This document shows positions 60,598 to 64,000 of a stretch of 64,000 nucleotides of DNA, piece after piece. Under the pieces are notes generated by a model that made no database searches, was not told where the DNA came from, and worked only from the letters and a program-made list of their open reading frames with translations. The position numbers and the translations under genes were made by a program. Position 1 is the stretch's first letter, and each line of letters starts with the position of its first letter. Source of the stretch: a virus (taxonomy: Duplodnaviria > Caudoviricetes); the IMG/VR virus record IMGVR_UViG_3300032038_000041, positions 1 to 64,000 of that record, one strand, 5' to 3'.

Positions 60598-62751
60598 ATG
60601 GCATCAATTAAAAAAAGAAATGGCTTTATAGAAGATTTTGATCTTAAAAAGGTTCGAAAAGGTATTAGAAATGCAATGAAGACTGGTAGTGGTGAATATT
60701 TTCCACGCCTAGTAGATGCAATTACTAATGAACTTAAAGATCTACTAAAAGATAAAGAAAATGATGTAATCACTGGTTCTGATATTGATAAATTTATTAT
60801 AAAACGCCTTCGGGACTACGGTCAAGCATCAACTGCAACAAATTATGAGAGATATAAAACTCTTAAGTATTATCAAAAGTCGAGGGGCATAGTTGATAAT
60901 GAAATTGATGGATTAATTTCTGGAACAAATGAGGCAGTTATTGATGAAAATTCAAACAAAAATTCACATCTAATCTCTACACAAAGAGACCTAATTGCCG
61001 GAATTGAATCTAGAAATTATGTAGAAAGAAAAATAATGCCGTTGAATCTACTCCAGGCACATCAAGAGGGATTAATTCATATTCATGATACAGATTATAT
61101 GATTCACCCAGGAATCTTTAATTGCCAGTTAATTAATCTTAAAGATATGCTTCAAAATGGAACTGCAATTAATGGCAAAAAAATAGAAAAACCAAAGTCA
61201 ATTCAAACCGCTGCAACTATTGCAACACAAATTAGTCTTCAAGTAGCTAATGGTCAATATGGAGGACAGACATTTAGTCTATCACATCTTGCTCCATTCG
61301 TACGAATATCTTATAATAAATATGTTGATAAGCTTACTGAGGAATATACTAAACTGGGAAAAGAACCTGACTTAGATATTATTAAAGCTCAAGCTGAAAA
61401 ACTTACTAGAGATGAGGTAAAAAGTGCCGTACAAACTATCCAATTTCAAGAGAATACATTTTCTTCTAGTAATGGCCAAACTCCATTTGTATCAATCTTT
61501 ATGTATATAAGTGAAGAACCAGAATATGAGAAAGAGACTGCTATGCTCATAGAAGAAACTATTCGTCTAAGATATCTCGGAATGAAAAACAAGGATGGTG
61601 TGTATGTTACCCCTGCTTTCCCAAAGTTACTCTACGTTCTCGATGAAAACAATGTCCCAAAAGATTCAAAGTATAGATATCTTACGGACTTGGCTGTTAA
61701 AACTGCTGCAAAGAGAATGAATCCTGACTTTATCTCCGCTAAGATAATGAAGAAAAACTATGAAGGAAATGTATTTCCATGTATGGGATGTAGATCCTTC
61801 TTAGCACCTTGGAAAGATGAAGAGGGGAATTATAAATTCTATGGAAGGTTTAATCGTGGTGTCGTAACTATAAATCTTGTAGATGTAGGTTTGTCAGCAA
61901 GAAAAGATGAAAGTAAGTTTTGGGAAATCTTAGATGAACGTCTTAACTTGTGTAAAGAAGCACTAATCCTCAGAACTAAACTTATCAAAGGAGCAACATC
62001 TGATGTATCACCTATTCATTGGCAAGATGGATCCGTTGCTCGACTAAAATCAGGTGAAAAGATTGATAAGTATCTTGAAAATGGATATAGTAGCATTTCT
62101 CTTGGCTTTATAGGACTACATGAAATGTGTATGGCAATGTTTGATGAGAGTCTTACATCTGAAAAAGGAAGCGCATTTGCATTAAAAGTCCTGCAATACC
62201 TAGCAGATACCTGTACTAAGTGGAAGACTGAAGAATATCTTAATGGAGCTTCCTTATATGCAACACCATCAGAATCATTATGTTATAAGTTCGCATGTAA
62301 AACCGCTAAAAGGTTTGGTGTTATAAAAGGCATAACTGATAAAGATTGGTTCACAAATAGTTATCATGTAACTCCGACAGAAGAAATTGATGCATTCTCA
62401 AAACTAAAATTTGAAGCTCAATATCAAAATATCTCTAAGGGTGGTGCTGTTAGCTATGTTGAAGTTCCTAATATGGAAGATAACTTAGAAGCACTTGCAC
62501 AGGTAATTGATTTTATGTATGATAATATTCAATATGCTGAGATAAATACTAGATGTGGTGATGTTTGCTCTACTTGTGGATATCAGGGCGAAATTACTGC
62601 AGATAAAGATGGCGTATGGACTTGTCCTAATTGTGGCGAGACAAATAGAGATAAACTAACAGTTGTTCGTCGTACTTGTGGATATATAGGTTCAACGTTT
62701 TGGAATAAAGGAAAGACAGAAGAAATTAATGAACGAGTATATCATCTATAA
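60598..62751 (+). CDS. nrdD: Anaerobic ribonucleoside-triphosphate reductase
   Basis: ATP cone, IHIHD, NCQL, QYGGQ, MGCRS, TNSYH, RRTCGY. Confidence 0.95.
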   Translation: MASIKKRNGFIEDFDLKKVRKGIRNAMKTGSGEYFPRLVDAITNELKDLLKDKENDVITGSDIDKFIIKRLRDYGQASTATNYERYKTLKYYQKSRGIVDNEIDGLISGTNEAVIDENSNKNSHLISTQRDLIAGIESRNYVERKIMPLNLLQAHQEGLIHIHDTDYMIHPGIFNCQLINLKDMLQNGTAINGKKIEKPKSIQTAATIATQISLQVANGQYGGQTFSLSHLAPFVRISYNKYVDKLTEEYTKLGKEPDLDIIKAQAEKLTRDEVKSAVQTIQFQENTFSSSNGQTPFVSIFMYISEEPEYEKETAMLIEETIRLRYLGMKNKDGVYVTPAFPKLLYVLDENNVPKDSKYRYLTDLAVKTAAKRMNPDFISAKIMKKNYEGNVFPCMGCRSFLAPWKDEEGNYKFYGRFNRGVVTINLVDVGLSARKDESKFWEILDERLNLCKEALILRTKLIKGATSDVSPIHWQDGSVARLKSGEKIDKYLENGYSSISLGFIGLHEMCMAMFDESLTSEKGSAFALKVLQYLADTCTKWKTEEYLNGASLYATPSESLCYKFACKTAKRFGVIKGITDKDWFTNSYHVTPTEEIDAFSKLKFEAQYQNISKGGAVSYVEVPNMEDNLEALAQVIDFMYDNIQYAEINTRCGDVCSTCGYQGEITADKDGVWTCPNCGETNRDKLTVVRRTCGYIGSTFWNKGKTEEINERVYHL

Positions 62752-63242
62752 TGAACTATTTTAAAATAAAAAAATATGACATCGCTAATGGAAAGGGAAT
62801 TAGAACCTCCCTTTTTGTTAGTGGATGTACGTTTCATTGTAAGGGCTGTTTTAATTCCGAAGCATGGGATTTTAAATCTGGAAAACCATTTGACGATAAT
62901 GCTAAAAAAGAATTATTTGAACTATTATCAGACCCTCACTGTGTAGGCTTAAGCGTATTGGGCGGAGAACCATTAATGCAAGGACAAGACCTATTAGATC
63001 TTCTAAGAGAGGTTAAAGAAGTATTTCCAGATAAAAATATATGGTTATGGACTGGATTCTATATCAATGAATTAAATGACTTACAAACACAAATTATATC
63101 TTTAGTAGATTATGTAGTGGATGGAAGATTCGAAGAAAATAATGCACTAAAGAAGTATCTATTTCGAGGCTCATCTAATCAAACTATTTGGGAAAAAGAT
63201 GAAAAAGGAAATTTTGTAAGAAGTAAATATAATGATATATAA
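62751..63242 (+). CDS. nrdG: Anaerobic RNR activating enzyme
   Basis: DIANG.GIR.SLFVSGC..HC.GCFN, LGGEP, VDGRF, RGSSNQ. Confidence 0.95.
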   Translation: MNYFKIKKYDIANGKGIRTSLFVSGCTFHCKGCFNSEAWDFKSGKPFDDNAKKELFELLSDPHCVGLSVLGGEPLMQGQDLLDLLREVKEVFPDKNIWLWTGFYINELNDLQTQIISLVDYVVDGRFEENNALKKYLFRGSSNQTIWEKDEKGNFVRSKYNDI

Positions 63243-63272
63243 CATCCAACAAAGGTCGAAGAAATATGAAAT

Positions 63273-63614
63273 ATGATCGATAAAGATAAAATAGTGGATG
63301 AACTTTTAGATATGAGAGATGAGTGTACTGGAAAAGGTATTATGTATATCATGATTCCAAATGAAGACCCAAATGATATTAGAATTGCAACACCAAAAAA
63401 TATATTTTCTCCTAGCGAATTAGATGACTTTATTAGATTCATGCTAGAACACTCTAATTTCTCAGGAAAAATAGAACAAGGATCACAAAATTCTGTATGG
63501 GACTTTCTCATTAAAAAAGTTGATAAAAAACAATTCTTTTCTTTTGACTTAATAGATGCTAAAATAGAATTAGTTGGAGTTTCTTTAAAAGATATTATTC
63601 AACGAAAACCTTAA
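63273..63614 (+). CDS. Hypothetical protein
   Basis: 113 aa. Confidence 0.55.
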   Translation: MIDKDKIVDELLDMRDECTGKGIMYIMIPNEDPNDIRIATPKNIFSPSELDDFIRFMLEHSNFSGKIEQGSQNSVWDFLIKKVDKKQFFSFDLIDAKIELVGVSLKDIIQRKP

Positions 63615-63623
63615 ATATGTATT

Positions 63624-63902
63624 ATGAAAAAGTCAAAAAGAACAAAAAGTAATGACCTGGCTAAAATCTTAAGAATGATTAGTCGGGATGAAGAACTTGA
63701 AAGAAATGACGGTAAATGGGTAGCTATGAACCGTGTATTCAAAGACAAGAAAAAGTACGATAGAAAAAAGATGAAAAAGGACTTAAGGGATGACCTTGGG
63801 TCCTTATCTTTTTTACAAAAATTAAAGGGAGAACTTAATCTCCCTTCTTTTTTATTATTTCGAAACCATGAATTCTTTTACCATTTTCTCTATACTGAAT
63901 AG
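63624..63902 (+). CDS. Small basic protein reading through a terminator (ArfA/BrfA-like candidate)
   Basis: FKDKKKYDRKK motif; no stop before hairpin 63777-63814. Confidence 0.5.
   Translation: MKKSKRTKSNDLAKILRMISRDEELERNDGKWVAMNRVFKDKKKYDRKKMKKDLRDDLGSLSFLQKLKGELNLPSFLLFRNHEFFYHFLYTE
63777..63814 (+). terminator. Intrinsic terminator inside ORF 63624
   Basis: AAGGACTTAAGG-GATGA-CCTTGGGTCCTT-ATCTTTTTT. Confidence 0.75.
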
Positions 63903-64000
63903 CTTTGACTTCAAACCACTGATTAATATCTTCGGCTTTGGCTGTTTTATTATTCCCTACCTGATTATAAATATTTTGAATACTAGCCTTTAAAGATATC
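63835..64000 (-). CDS. C-terminus of a paralogue of the 36390-38411 helicase-like protein
   Basis: IQNIYNQVGNNKTAKAEDINQWFEVK...ENGKRIHGFEIIKKKGD versus LQDLYNQIGYKKTAKASDLEQWFELK...ENGKRIHGFEIVKKK. Confidence 0.8.
   Translation of the reverse strand, partial: ISLKASIQNIYNQVGNNKTAKAEDINQWFEVKAIQYRENGKRIHGFEIIKKKGD

Noticed and set aside
1238-63511. Numerous 60-126 aa antisense or alternate-frame ORFs inside annotated genes (e.g. 1238, 2655, 11889, 25628, 32329, 33845, 43362, 52449, 57224, 63179)
   Set aside because: Shadows of well-supported genes with no motifs or expression signals
1-64000. Wholesale TAG recoding (code 15) of this window
   Set aside because: Long conserved genes are intact in code 11 with high coding density, and several genes end at TAG near terminators or the next gene

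Overview
AT-rich segment of a large (jumbo-type) dsDNA phage genome. The host is probably in the Bacteroidales, judging from the OmpA, fimbrillin, lipoprotein and IF3 sequences. The left part (1-31 kb) carries nucleotide-metabolism, proteostasis and translation genes (IMPDH/GMPR-like, YqeY, Hsp20, PspC, IF3, Pth, M42 peptidase, Def, Pth2-like). It also holds a minus-strand tRNA region (about 16 tRNA or tRNA-like genes) interleaved with homing endonucleases and envelope lipoproteins, and an array of promoter-led small genes. The right part (31-64 kb) is a plus-strand core block: ClpC, a candidate origin, an SF2-helicase-like protein, type II topoisomerase, SSB-like, FEN-like nuclease, a fused Mre11-Rad50, thioredoxin, multisubunit RNA polymerase beta' and beta, a 2H phosphoesterase and NrdDG. 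Three group I introns were read directly from the sequence, in tRNA-Arg(UCU), topoisomerase B and RNAP beta'. The most unusual signal is a localised amber (UAG) read-through system in a window that otherwise reads in code 11. It comprises a CUA tRNA with a Trp-like anticodon arm, a second Pyl-like CUA tRNA, a lipoprotein gene with one internal TAG, and a TAG-interrupted RAP-motif mini-ORF upstream of a Pth2-like gene. Other highlights are a duplicated covarying pseudoknot RNA, a stand-alone ncRNA and an ArfA-like non-stop gene. All family assignments come from motif recognition; no searches were run.
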